Origin: Candidatus Bipolaricaulota bacterium
GTDB lineage: Bacteria > Patescibacteriota > Patescibacteriia > UBA11705 > DATKZF01
Direction of reading: 5' to 3'
Assembly (NCBI GenBank): GCA_035528115.1
Contig: DATKZF010000003.1
Location: 227,795 to 291,794 of the forward strand
Length of the DNA stretch: 64,000 bases
Shown here: positions 49,539-58,419 of the stretch, piece after piece
How positions within the stretch are numbered: position 1 is the stretch's first letter
Layout of the letters: each line of letters opens with the position of its first letter
Translations under genes and position numbers: made by a program
The notes under the pieces: generated by a model
What the model saw: the letters and a program-made list of their open reading frames with translations, nothing else
Databases searched by the model: none
Told to the model about the DNA's origin: nothing

Positions 49539-50651
49539 TTAAAAACTGGCGGTCACGTAATATGTCATTGTTTGCGTGTAAGTGCCGGAACTGGTGCCGT
49601 CGTCGATTTTGGCGCGATGCTGAATCAACGCGGTATTGGTCAGATCCGTTGAAATCGGAGAATTCACGCCCGCGCAATCATACAAATCTTCCACAGTGCT
49701 GCCGTCAACGGGCATGGGAGAATCGTCATCCGTGTAATTGCCCAATTCCGTAGCCGCGGTGCCGCCGCTATAACTGCAGCTGCCCGCGGTCACGGCGATG
49801 CCATAGGCTTCGGCGCTGCTGTTGGTTATCGCGCCCGCGCCTTCAGTCACCAAATCAATGTCCAACCCGTCGGCCACGGCGCCCGAACCGGACGTGCGCA
49901 AGTCGCCGTCACTCGTTATCTTAACCGTGTAACCTCCGCTGGCCGTGGAATAAACTTTCAAACGGTATTCGCAAGTGGCCACCGTGTTTAACCCCAGCAA
50001 ACCCAAACCGCAGGCGTTGGTATATCCCGTGTCAGTCGTGTTTCTTATTTCAAATCTTAAAATTGTTTCCACTGAAGCCGTCACAGTCACGTCATTTTCA
50101 TCTCCGGAGTAAAGCAACACTGCGCCGAATTCACTATTGACGCTGGAAGCGGTTAAATAAACGGCATCCATTTGATCCGGAGCGACGGCGGGCGCGGTCA
50201 AGGTCAGACAAAATTCCACGCCGTTGCTTGAGGACGTGGTGGTCGATCCGGAAAAAGTATATGTCGCAATCAGACCTATCGAGGTCCAAGCGCCGTCCGG
50301 AGTGATGTCTCCATCAATATCCGTGGTGTTGCCGCTGACGCAAGCGGTGTCGAGGCTCCAACCGGCAGGCAATTCTAGAGAAATGGTGTCATCCGAAGCG
50401 AACTCTCCCTCAGCGACAAAAGAGAAGAAAACTTCATCGGTCGCGCTCTCCGCGATGTTCGGCCAGGCGCCATGCGAGGCGGGCAGAGCGGGCGTAATCG
50501 TGCCGCCGCCATTGTAATTGGCGTCTTCATTGAGATCGGCGTATAAAATTACGCCGTTATCGGCCTGGGCGTCGATCGGAACCAAGGCGACCGAGAAAGT
50601 CGCCGTGAAAATAATTATGAAGATGAGGGACGAGATGCTTTTTCTATACAT
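49539..50651 (-). CDS. Secreted WxL-like beta-rich protein
   Basis: Signal peptide; V.VTASV...L.F, L.V.STA.GGY.V, terminal G.YTQT.TYYVTASF. Confidence 0.65.
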   Translation of the reverse strand: MYRKSISSLIFIIIFTATFSVALVPIDAQADNGVILYADLNEDANYNGGGTITPALPASHGAWPNIAESATDEVFFSFVAEGEFASDDTISLELPAGWSLDTACVSGNTTDIDGDITPDGAWTSIGLIATYTFSGSTTTSSSNGVEFCLTLTAPAVAPDQMDAVYLTASSVNSEFGAVLLYSGDENDVTVTASVETILRFEIRNTTDTGYTNACGLGLLGLNTVATCEYRLKVYSTASGGYTVKITSDGDLRTSGSGAVADGLDIDLVTEGAGAITNSSAEAYGIAVTAGSCSYSGGTAATELGNYTDDDSPMPVDGSTVEDLYDCAGVNSPISTDLTNTALIQHRAKIDDGTSSGTYTQTMTYYVTASF

Positions 50652-50687
50652 ACATATTTTATTTATATTTTATATATTTTATTTTTT

Positions 50688-51623
50688 TCAAAAACCGGCC
50701 ACGCAATAATAGCTGGTGGTATGAGTGTAAACTCCTCCGGCCATTTCCGCTGAATCGATTGACGCTTTGTAAATCACGGCCACGCGAGCGTTATCTTGCT
50801 TGTCAGTGGAAACGGCCACGTCCTGAGCGGTCGAGCTGATCGGCCAATCACCTGACCCGACGGCTTGATCGCCCGTGGTGGAGATGCCGTATTCCGTGCT
50901 GCCGATGCTGACCGTGCCGTCGCTGACATCCACGGTCACATACGGTCCTTCGCCCAATCTCAAATCATGATCTTCGGTAATGTAAACGGTGTAACCGGAC
51001 TCCGCATTGGTATCGACTTCGGCCATGGCCACGCCCGTGGCCACCGTCGCGTCGGTCAATTGTCCGAGCGACAACATCTGTCTATCCAACAAATACACGG
51101 CGTCGTCTCCGCCGGCCGGACTCGCGCTCATGGTCGCTTGATCGCCTGACCATTTATCAACCGTAAAGTCATTGCCAATCACCGAAACGATTTCGCCTAT
51201 GGCCACTTTTTGCCCTTGACCTTCATTTTCAACCACGGCGATAAAGTCGCCGCTGGCAAAACCGATTGCCGAAGAAACCGTCACCGAAAAAGCGGCCAAG
51301 TCAAAAGCGGAATAATCCACCCGACTGCCGTCGTTTTGCGCGTTGACTCGAAATTGCAATTTGGGTTTTTCCGCCTGTCTGTATCCGGCGTTCACCGACC
51401 AATTGCTGCTGGCGCTCTGGCCCGAGCTCAATTGCCCCAAGGTGTCTATGGCTTGATAATTGGTCGAAGACGAATTGTCCGTGCCGCCCGAATTCAGAGA
51501 ATCCCAATCAATAATGTAATTCGAGCTGGTCATGGCAAACACAATCTCCTTGCCGCCGAAAATTTGGCAAGTCAAAAGCGTCAATAAAATCGCGATCGTA
51601 AATTTAACATTTTTTAAAACCAT
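50688..51623 (-). CDS. Secreted WxL-like beta-rich protein
   Basis: Signal peptide; MTSSNYII.WDSLNSGG, V.TNA.SGY.V, terminal G.YT.T.SYYCVAGF. Confidence 0.65.
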   Translation of the reverse strand: MVLKNVKFTIAILLTLLTCQIFGGKEIVFAMTSSNYIIDWDSLNSGGTDNSSSTNYQAIDTLGQLSSGQSASSNWSVNAGYRQAEKPKLQFRVNAQNDGSRVDYSAFDLAAFSVTVSSAIGFASGDFIAVVENEGQGQKVAIGEIVSVIGNDFTVDKWSGDQATMSASPAGGDDAVYLLDRQMLSLGQLTDATVATGVAMAEVDTNAESGYTVYITEDHDLRLGEGPYVTVDVSDGTVSIGSTEYGISTTGDQAVGSGDWPISSTAQDVAVSTDKQDNARVAVIYKASIDSAEMAGGVYTHTTSYYCVAGF

Positions 51624-51997
51624 AAAAACCGGAAGTATTTCCTCAATATTCAAAATGAAACCTCATACACTGAAATGGGCTTAAAAATTTAAATTTCTTC
51701 GACTTTTTCTCCCGGAGAAAAAAGAATTCTCCATATAAAATTATACCACAAAACATTGAAATAAATCTGACTTTATTGTGAAAATGTGGATAAAAAAAAG
51801 AAAGCGCGCTCGCTTTCATGGCTTTGTTTCAAATTCATTGGCAAAATCAAACCATTTTCCCAGCTGTTTTGCCGATATTTCTTTTATAATCCGCTGATTT
51901 TCTCCTTGACGGCGTGCGGTATCGGGTCAATTTTTTATTTGTTTTTTTCGAATAATTTTTCATAATGACAAACTTCCCCCCTAGTCCAAACCGATGC

Positions 51998-52176
51998 TGT
52001 CATCTCGACCGTAGTACCGCCCCGTTCGTCATTCCCGCGAAAGCCTGCCTGCCGGCAGGCAGGCGGGAATCCACAAAACAGCGACAATGGCATAGGCGGT
52101 GCGTTTAATGAAAAAGATTCTTCCATTCCAGCTTGCTCCGAGCGACCCCGAGTGGGAGTCGAGGGGGCGAAATGAC
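51998..52176. repeat. Cluster of REP-like hairpins after femX, including GTCATTCCCGCGAAAGCGGGAATCC interrupted by the 20-bp CCTG palindrome (52044-52063)
   Basis: gtcatctcgaccg; gtcattcccgcgaaag[cctgcctgccggcaggcagg]cgggaatccac; agattcttcc...cgaaatgac. Confidence 0.72.
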
Positions 52177-52221
52177 AAACACTATTTAACGCGCAAAATC
52201 TTGCTGATCTTTTATCTGGTA

Positions 52222-53310
52222 CTATCTCGCACGCAAAATCTTGTACATCTTGTACCCCAAATCCCACACCTTCAAAACAACCGGCCTGAAAATAAGCTGA
52301 TAGCACCCCAAATACTCAAAAATCGGCCGGCTCGGGTCAAAACCTTGTTTGAATCTGGTAATACCCTGCCAGGACTTTTCCTTTTTCACTTTGGAATCAG
52401 CGGGCGCGGCTCCCCAAAAATCATAAATTTCAAAGCCTTCTTTTTTCGCGTCGCAAATAGCGCGCCACTGTAAAAGGTGCGGGGCCATGACATTGCGATA
52501 TTTATCCGAAGAGGCGCCGAAAAGGTAGGTGGCCACGTTTTTATAATAAACGCACAAAATCCCGGCCACAACTTTGTTTTCAAATTTCGCCAAATACAAT
52601 TTCGAAAAATCGAATTTTAAAATATCCTCGAAATATTTCAGCGGGTACGCGCCGAATTTTTGCCGAGCCGTTGTTTGTTTCAATAATTCAAAGAACGTGG
52701 CCGCGTCTTTTGACTCCTCGACCTTCACTCCCTTTTTCTCAGCCAGCCTGATATTATATCTGGTTTTCTGGCTCATTTTCGCCAGCAATTCGTCTTCAGA
52801 CTGTGAAATATCGAGCATGATGGTGTGGGCCGGCTGGACTTCGTCATTTGATTTTTTCAAACCCAGATTCTCAAAAGCTTTTTTCCAAACATTTTTTTCA
52901 TCAATGGCCAAGCTCGACCACTTTTCTTTTTCCGGCAAATTTCCGGCGTCAATTATCACATTGGGATCGATTCGAAAAAGCAATGATTTGTTTTCTTTGG
53001 CAATCGCACGGACTTTTTCAAATAATAATTTCAAAACCTGCTCGAGCTTTTGCTCGTCATTTAAAATTTCATCGCAAACGACCGGGCCTCTGGGGCAATA
53101 CAAGCCGTTTTGTCCGATCAAAAACCGATGTTTCCAAAAAAACATTTGCGCCAAGATTTTCTCGCCGTCTTTTACCTCCAATCGCCAGATTTTTTGCTGG
53201 CGGCCGGACTGAAATTCGCCCCATTCAAAAGATTGTAAAAGAGAGCCGGTTTTTTGGGCGGCGTTGAAGGAAGAATAGGGGGTTTGAATTTGAGATTGTT
53301 CGACAATCAT
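52222..53310 (-). CDS. FemABX family peptidoglycan bridge aminoacyltransferase
   Basis: LQS.EWG.F, YCPRGPV, KTRYNIRLA.KKGV, YLFGAS, YDFWG, G..RFK.GF. Confidence 0.92.
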   Translation of the reverse strand: MIVEQSQIQTPYSSFNAAQKTGSLLQSFEWGEFQSGRQQKIWRLEVKDGEKILAQMFFWKHRFLIGQNGLYCPRGPVVCDEILNDEQKLEQVLKLLFEKVRAIAKENKSLLFRIDPNVIIDAGNLPEKEKWSSLAIDEKNVWKKAFENLGLKKSNDEVQPAHTIMLDISQSEDELLAKMSQKTRYNIRLAEKKGVKVEESKDAATFFELLKQTTARQKFGAYPLKYFEDILKFDFSKLYLAKFENKVVAGILCVYYKNVATYLFGASSDKYRNVMAPHLLQWRAICDAKKEGFEIYDFWGAAPADSKVKKEKSWQGITRFKQGFDPSRPIFEYLGCYQLIFRPVVLKVWDLGYKMYKILRAR

Positions 53311-53346
53311 AATGCAAAGGTGTAAGCCTAATAAAATTATTCAATT

Positions 53347-54192
53347 TCAATGACGAGGATTTTTGTTTTTCAATTGCCGCTCATTACTGCCATTAATGAC
53401 GCTCTTTCCGGTTTTGCTTTCAATGTCCTTTCTGGCATTACCGGCCACGCTTCCGCCATCTCTTGCCACGATTTTATTTTCATCCATATTTTTCGGCTGA
53501 CGTTTTTGGGAAATTTCGGTCGTGGCGGTTTCGGCAAGCATATTCAAAACCAGCTCAAGATTCGTCATATTATCGCGTAAATTTTCCTTTTTCAAATTTT
53601 TCAACCGCTTGTATTCTTTGGTGGTCAATCCTGCCCAAGCCTTGATTATCTCATCGGTGAGAATGGCAAATTCCAATCCATCTTTCACGCCGCGCTTTTC
53701 CCATTCATCGGTCAACGCTTTTCTTATTTCAATACTTTTTAAGCGTTGATTGATCCATTCCTGACTGTACCCCTTTTGCCAATAAGTCTTTAGCGCGCGG
53801 TCTATCGCCAATTCCGGATCAGCGGTCTCCTCCAGCCGTTCATATCCCACGCGCGCCAGCCAAAGTTTAAATGGTTCGGCATTGGGAGAAGGGATGGACT
53901 GGATAAGACGAAGCATGGTTTCGGTATCAGCCGCGTCAGTAAGACGCATTTTGCCGTCCGGGGCAATCATTTTCAAAGCGTTACATTTTGTAACGGTTTC
54001 ATTTGAACCTTCATCAATCAATCGTTTTTTCAGCACGCGCCAATAAACCTGCGGATTATCACTCTTTGTAAGAACCGCTATTACATCAGCTACCGAGAAA
54101 TACCAGATTTCCTTTTCTCCGTCCCAATGACGGCGAATTTGATTTCCTTCAAAAATCGCTATTGTTTTGTTTTTTGATTCCTTTTTTGCCAT
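53347..54192 (-). CDS. Bro-N domain / phage antirepressor-like protein
   Basis: FE...IR..WD...E.WYFSV.DVI..LT, YW.VLK.RL, LIQSIPSP.AEPFKLWLA. Confidence 0.88.
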   Translation of the reverse strand: MAKKESKNKTIAIFEGNQIRRHWDGEKEIWYFSVADVIAVLTKSDNPQVYWRVLKKRLIDEGSNETVTKCNALKMIAPDGKMRLTDAADTETMLRLIQSIPSPNAEPFKLWLARVGYERLEETADPELAIDRALKTYWQKGYSQEWINQRLKSIEIRKALTDEWEKRGVKDGLEFAILTDEIIKAWAGLTTKEYKRLKNLKKENLRDNMTNLELVLNMLAETATTEISQKRQPKNMDENKIVARDGGSVAGNARKDIESKTGKSVINGSNERQLKNKNPRH

Positions 54193-54218
54193 GATATTTA
54201 CAAATTTATTTCAAAAAC

Positions 54219-54395
54219 TTATTTTTCTTTCCGGCTAAAAATTTTCTCTCCGTCTTTTACCTCCAACCGCCGGATTTTTTGCTGGCGGGTTTTTTGGAAT
54301 TCGGACCAATTCAAGGATTGCAAAAGAGAGGAGGTTTTTGGGGAAAGGGCAAAATTTTGCCAGGAGGTTTGATCAGAAAATTCTTCGATTCTCAT
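54219..54395 (-). pseudogene. Diverged, truncated duplicate of the femX 5' end (58 codons)
   Basis: MRIEEFSDQTSWQNFALSPKTSSLLQSLNWSEFQKTRQQKIRRLEVKDGEKIF... aligns with femX SLLQSFEWGEFQSGRQQKIWRLEVKDGEKIL. Confidence 0.8.
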
Positions 54396-54407
54396 TATAT
54401 TAAAAAA

Positions 54408-54920
54408 TTATTCTTTAAATATTAAATATTTTTTAAAAAGTTCTCTTGATTCGTCAAATTGTTTTTGAAACCAAGTCAACAAATCATAACTTTCTTGAGC
54501 CAACCCTGTTCTTTTATCTCCAATAGGTAACCTTGCATCATTCAATAATCTGCTCACCATTGCTAAACGTATCGCCTTTCCTCTTAGAGTGTCAATATAA
54601 TTGGGAATCTCTTTATCAAATAGAAATTCTCTTTCATTTGTATCTGCGATAAATTGATTTAGGACTTTAGGGTTAACTGTCGCATTAATCATGGCATCAC
54701 GCAATAAAGCAGTGATTGCCTTATATATCGTGTATCTTCTGTCATATAGATTTAATTTAAATTGATCAGATCTTGTTCTGTGTTCTTGATATGCGATATA
54801 CGCTACAAAAATAGCAATCATGGGGGTCAATAGGCCTGATAGTATTACTATCAATCTAACATATTCGATCATCTCCGTTATTTTATGAATTATTGACACG
54901 GTAAACATAACGACAAACAT
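54408..54920 (-). CDS. Hypothetical protein with N-terminal TM (low GC)
   Basis: TM then K..LYDRR..IY, FLFD.EI..Y; ORF track. Confidence 0.7.
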   Translation of the reverse strand: MFVVMFTVSIIHKITEMIEYVRLIVILSGLLTPMIAIFVAYIAYQEHRTRSDQFKLNLYDRRYTIYKAITALLRDAMINATVNPKVLNQFIADTNEREFLFDKEIPNYIDTLRGKAIRLAMVSRLLNDARLPIGDKRTGLAQESYDLLTWFQKQFDESRELFKKYLIFKE

Positions 54921-54922
54921 AC

Positions 54923-56065
54923 TTAACTGTAAAAAAATAATTGATCAAGAATCAAAATCAACTGTAAAGCACGTTGCTTTGTATATTGTTGTGGTTCCGC
55001 AACTCCGTGGCCCGCTGAATTGCGCGACATACCAATATTTCCAGCCTCGACATTAAAGGTTGCAAAGACAACATCCTTTAAGTATGTTAAAAATGGCAGA
55101 GGAAATAACAATGAATGATCTGAACCAGTTTTATTTTTCGCCTTTTCGACAATGTGTTTGGATAACTCGTATGATTTTATTCCAACGCCTTTCCCCGTAT
55201 CTACAAAATAAAGTATTCTCAATACTCCTTCAATCTCAGACCACAATGTTTTTATGCAAGTCACAAATCCATCCGGATTATTTTGCATATAAGCATTAAC
55301 ACCAGCCCCAATCAAAGCCTTTTTTTCTGAAAAAATTTTGTTTTGCCACCACTTTTCTGTTATTTTCTTTATGCGACTTGAATCAAAACTATCTACAATA
55401 ATTTTAATTCTGTTTTCAAAATCAAATCTGTTTTGATAGACTTCAGTCAATTGCTTGTAAGCAATGGCAATAATCTCTATAAAAGGGAACCAACCATCTT
55501 TCCTCATATCAGCGAACTGAGCCCCCGCCTCCAGGGTTTTATAAACATGATAAAAAGAAAGATATCTATACAATCCGCCTATAGATAATTCCATTTTCTC
55601 CATATCTAATTGTTGGTGATCTCCCGTGTGGAAATCAACCGCAGTAAAATCAAAAAATAATCCAAATCGCCATCCAACTTTAAAACAATAAATTACACTG
55701 TCATTTGAAACAATACTTATATCACCAAACTTTATTTTTCTGATGTCTGCGACGTCGGCATCGGTTATGGCCTCTCCAACCTTTACATCTCTCTTTGCCT
55801 TAATTTCAACTAATACTTTAAAATCATTCACATATAGATCCGCGCTCAAATCATCATGTATAACAATGAGGAACTGGCATACTGAATCTTCCAGAACACC
55901 TGCTCGGGATAGAAACAAGTTTGATATTTGATCCATGTATTTGTAAAAAACCGGCTCGTCTGACGTTAACTTAGCGCGTATTAAAATTTCTGCCACCTCG
56001 CCGTCTTTTACATTCTTGGTAGAAAAGCCAGCAAGATTATCGACTTTATCAAAGTAAAATTTCAT
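54923..56065 (-). CDS. Hypothetical protein with C-terminal HEPN-like motif (low GC)
   Basis: EIEGVLR helix and SRNSAGHG (R-x4-H) near C-terminus. Confidence 0.65.
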   Translation of the reverse strand: MKFYFDKVDNLAGFSTKNVKDGEVAEILIRAKLTSDEPVFYKYMDQISNLFLSRAGVLEDSVCQFLIVIHDDLSADLYVNDFKVLVEIKAKRDVKVGEAITDADVADIRKIKFGDISIVSNDSVIYCFKVGWRFGLFFDFTAVDFHTGDHQQLDMEKMELSIGGLYRYLSFYHVYKTLEAGAQFADMRKDGWFPFIEIIAIAYKQLTEVYQNRFDFENRIKIIVDSFDSSRIKKITEKWWQNKIFSEKKALIGAGVNAYMQNNPDGFVTCIKTLWSEIEGVLRILYFVDTGKGVGIKSYELSKHIVEKAKNKTGSDHSLLFPLPFLTYLKDVVFATFNVEAGNIGMSRNSAGHGVAEPQQYTKQRALQLILILDQLFFYS

Positions 56066-56141
56066 ATTAATTTAATGTCTCAAAAATCTTCTTTACTAAT
56101 TTCGTCCTCGCGTAAAAAGCGCGCGTTATCGGTCGCCTTTA

Positions 56142-56333
56142 CTAAACCCACCACGCCTGAAACTCCGGATACGTCAGGGAATCGTAAAAATCCAAATATT
56201 TATCATCCTCCCAAACCAGCTCCGTGAAATTCTTCAGATCTTCATTATATCCGCGGCACATGACTTTCAAGCGCGCCAGCGGATTGAATCTTAACATGAT
56301 TTTAGCGGAAGTGGGAGAGATATTGATTTCCAT
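56142..56333 (-). CDS. Small hypothetical protein
   Basis: 63 aa, 5 nt downstream of the DpnI gene, same strand. Confidence 0.55.
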   Translation of the reverse strand: MEINISPTSAKIMLRFNPLARLKVMCRGYNEDLKNFTELVWEDDKYLDFYDSLTYPEFQAWWV

Positions 56334-56338
56334 ATTTT

Positions 56339-57109
56339 TTAATTGAGTTTGTATTTCCCTCTGCCCAAAAACTTCAAATACCCGCCATCGCGCAAAAACT
56401 GCAACTGCTGGCGGATTTTGTCTTTGATATGCTTATTTTCTGGATGCAAAAGGCTTAATTCTTTTTCAAAAGCATACATTTCATCGAGCGAAAATTCTTT
56501 TTTCCCGACTTGATCAACGCAGCACATGACGTCAAGCGTCCAGCCTTTGGCTGATATTTCTTTTTCTTCTCGCAAAAACAAAGTTTTCTTCCAGTCGTCC
56601 AGCACCTTTTTCTTCGGCGCAATTCGCTTATCTCGGACGAAAAATATTTTGCCGGTTTGAGGAATGCTTTTTAGAATGATATTGCAGCCCACCCAGCCGG
56701 CGCGGCGAGCGGATGGAGGAAGCGGCTTTCGTTTCTCGATCATTTCAGGCACGAAAAAATGTTTGGGGATCACGATAAAATTTATTACCTGCAAGCTCTT
56801 CAAATTATAATTTAGAAAAAAGAAATTGGGATTGGCGCTGCTTTTCAGACGATCCAACATGGTCTTATACGCTCCGTCGACTATTTTCAAACCCATGGAA
56901 TCTCTTTTACTTTTCAATTCATAATCTTCCAGGCAATTGGCGCAATAAAAATCGGCTGCCGGCCGATTATTCGGATATTTATCGATTTCAACGCGGCCGC
57001 AATTCGGACAAAAGATGGAATGATCAACCCAATTTTCCGTCAAAACGCGCGCTTTTTGCGAAGCGCTTTTATAATTTGTAGCTAACTTTTTATCAAAAAA
57101 TAATTTCAT
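56339..57109 (-). CDS. DpnI-like (Dam-replacing family) methyl-directed restriction endonuclease
   Basis: SQ.ARVLTE.WV, CPNCG, NN.P.ADFYC..C...YELKSK, DGAY.TM, RRAGWVGCNI, winged helix KIRQQLQ.LRD. Confidence 0.92.
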   Translation of the reverse strand: MKLFFDKKLATNYKSASQKARVLTENWVDHSIFCPNCGRVEIDKYPNNRPAADFYCANCLEDYELKSKRDSMGLKIVDGAYKTMLDRLKSSANPNFFFLNYNLKSLQVINFIVIPKHFFVPEMIEKRKPLPPSARRAGWVGCNIILKSIPQTGKIFFVRDKRIAPKKKVLDDWKKTLFLREEKEISAKGWTLDVMCCVDQVGKKEFSLDEMYAFEKELSLLHPENKHIKDKIRQQLQFLRDGGYLKFLGRGKYKLN

Positions 57110-57128
57110 GTTTATTAGACTTTAAAAT

Positions 57129-57758
57129 TTATTTACAAGCCCGCGCGACCCATCTGCCATGGCTATCCAAATCCAATTGCAGATCTCTAAATTTTGAAAA
57201 CAATTTTTGAACTTCCTCCCTTGTATAAAAACTGTGAGGCAATCCTTTTTCCGGACCCGATAATGGGGCGAAAGTCCCTTCGGATATTTCCTGATGATTT
57301 TTAAAAGTATTCCATTTCTTACTGCTTTCAAGATCAGGCAACGTAATGAAGGTTCTTCCATTGGTAACAATTGACTCAAAAATTCTATTTATCAAAGATT
57401 GAACCTGCGCCTTTGTTCCATGGTGGATCGTGGCGATGGACAGTATCAAATCGTATTTATCCTTAGGAATTTCAAATTCAAACATATTCGAGCAAAGAAT
57501 GACGGAATCATCGCCCAGCTCTTTTTTTGTCATTTCCACCGCTGTTTCACTCGAATCAATGCCATCTGTTTTAAATCCGCCTGCTTCCAAAAATTGCAAA
57601 TATTTTCCCGTACCGCACCCGATATCCAAAACATATTTAATTTCAAAATCAGATTGATTTAAAAATTCTTTAAATAAAGGATGGATTTCTTCCGAAAGAG
57701 TCGCCCAAGCTTGGCCGCCTTGCTGATAATTCTTATAAATTTTATCCCAAATAGTCAT
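57129..57758 (-). CDS. Class I SAM-dependent methyltransferase
   Basis: VLDIGCGTG, GIDSS, YDLILS. Confidence 0.88.
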   Translation of the reverse strand: MTIWDKIYKNYQQGGQAWATLSEEIHPLFKEFLNQSDFEIKYVLDIGCGTGKYLQFLEAGGFKTDGIDSSETAVEMTKKELGDDSVILCSNMFEFEIPKDKYDLILSIATIHHGTKAQVQSLINRIFESIVTNGRTFITLPDLESSKKWNTFKNHQEISEGTFAPLSGPEKGLPHSFYTREEVQKLFSKFRDLQLDLDSHGRWVARACK

Positions 57759-57760
57759 AT

Positions 57761-58363
57761 TTATTTTATTGATCCAACCAATTCCACTTCATCCCCCTCG
57801 ACCAAAACAGCTTGATTATCCGTTATTTCCTTAATTTCATAAGAGACCTTTTTCTTCCATTCATCAATAACATCCTTGTCGCTTTCTTCATAGTGCGGCG
57901 CCACGGCGAAATCGACAAACCCCAATCCTTTTGTATTCCGCAAATCAACATCGTTTTCATCCCAAGGAGCGGCGGTTTCAATGTCAGGCCCGGCCACAAT
58001 GCTGCCGGCGCTGACGCCGACGTAAACGCCATCAAAACCGTTTAATATCCGGTCAAATTCCGATTCGCGGATCTTATTCAATAAATAAAAACTATTGCCT
58101 CCGCAGACGTAAATGACATCATAGCCGGCAACTTCATCGGTTTTTATTGTATGATCCAATTCCAGCGTTTTTATGTCTTTAATCCCCAAATCCAGTAATT
58201 CTTTATATGATTCCTTTACGTATTTTAATTCTTCATCGCTTCGCGAGGCTGTCGGCACGAAAATCACTCGTATTTCGCGTGACGGTTTGCCGCACAATTC
58301 AATAAATTTTTCAGCGACCTTTTTATTCAAAAACCCCGCCGATGTAAGTAAAATTTTTTCCAT
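57761..58363 (-). CDS. Peptidase S51 (dipeptidase E-like)
   Basis: Start MEKILLTSAG; FVPTAS, IYVCGGNSFYLL, GVSAGS, PHY. Confidence 0.9.
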   Translation of the reverse strand: MEKILLTSAGFLNKKVAEKFIELCGKPSREIRVIFVPTASRSDEELKYVKESYKELLDLGIKDIKTLELDHTIKTDEVAGYDVIYVCGGNSFYLLNKIRESEFDRILNGFDGVYVGVSAGSIVAGPDIETAAPWDENDVDLRNTKGLGFVDFAVAPHYEESDKDVIDEWKKKVSYEIKEITDNQAVLVEGDEVELVGSIK

Positions 58364-58375
58364 ATTAATTACAAA

Positions 58376-58417
58376 TTCCAGCTTCCATGCCCTCGTCCCT
58401 AACCTCCAGCCTCCCAA
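58376..58417. repeat. 7-bp periodic tract (GGAGGCT/GGAAGCT family)
   Basis: Minus strand: ggaggct ggaggtt agggacg agggcat ggaagct ggaattt; similar to 20968-21020. Confidence 0.55.
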
Positions 58418-58419
58418 AA

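Noticed and set aside
51800-51963. Short ORF-like stretch starting MKNYSKKTNKK
   Set aside because: Stops after 26 codons and resembles nothing I recognise
51935-52306. 123-aa ORF downstream of femX
   Set aside because: Spans the REP cluster and overlaps femX; repeat-derived
53347-57109. Prophage
   Set aside because: Only a Bro-N gene; no integrase, structural or replication genes
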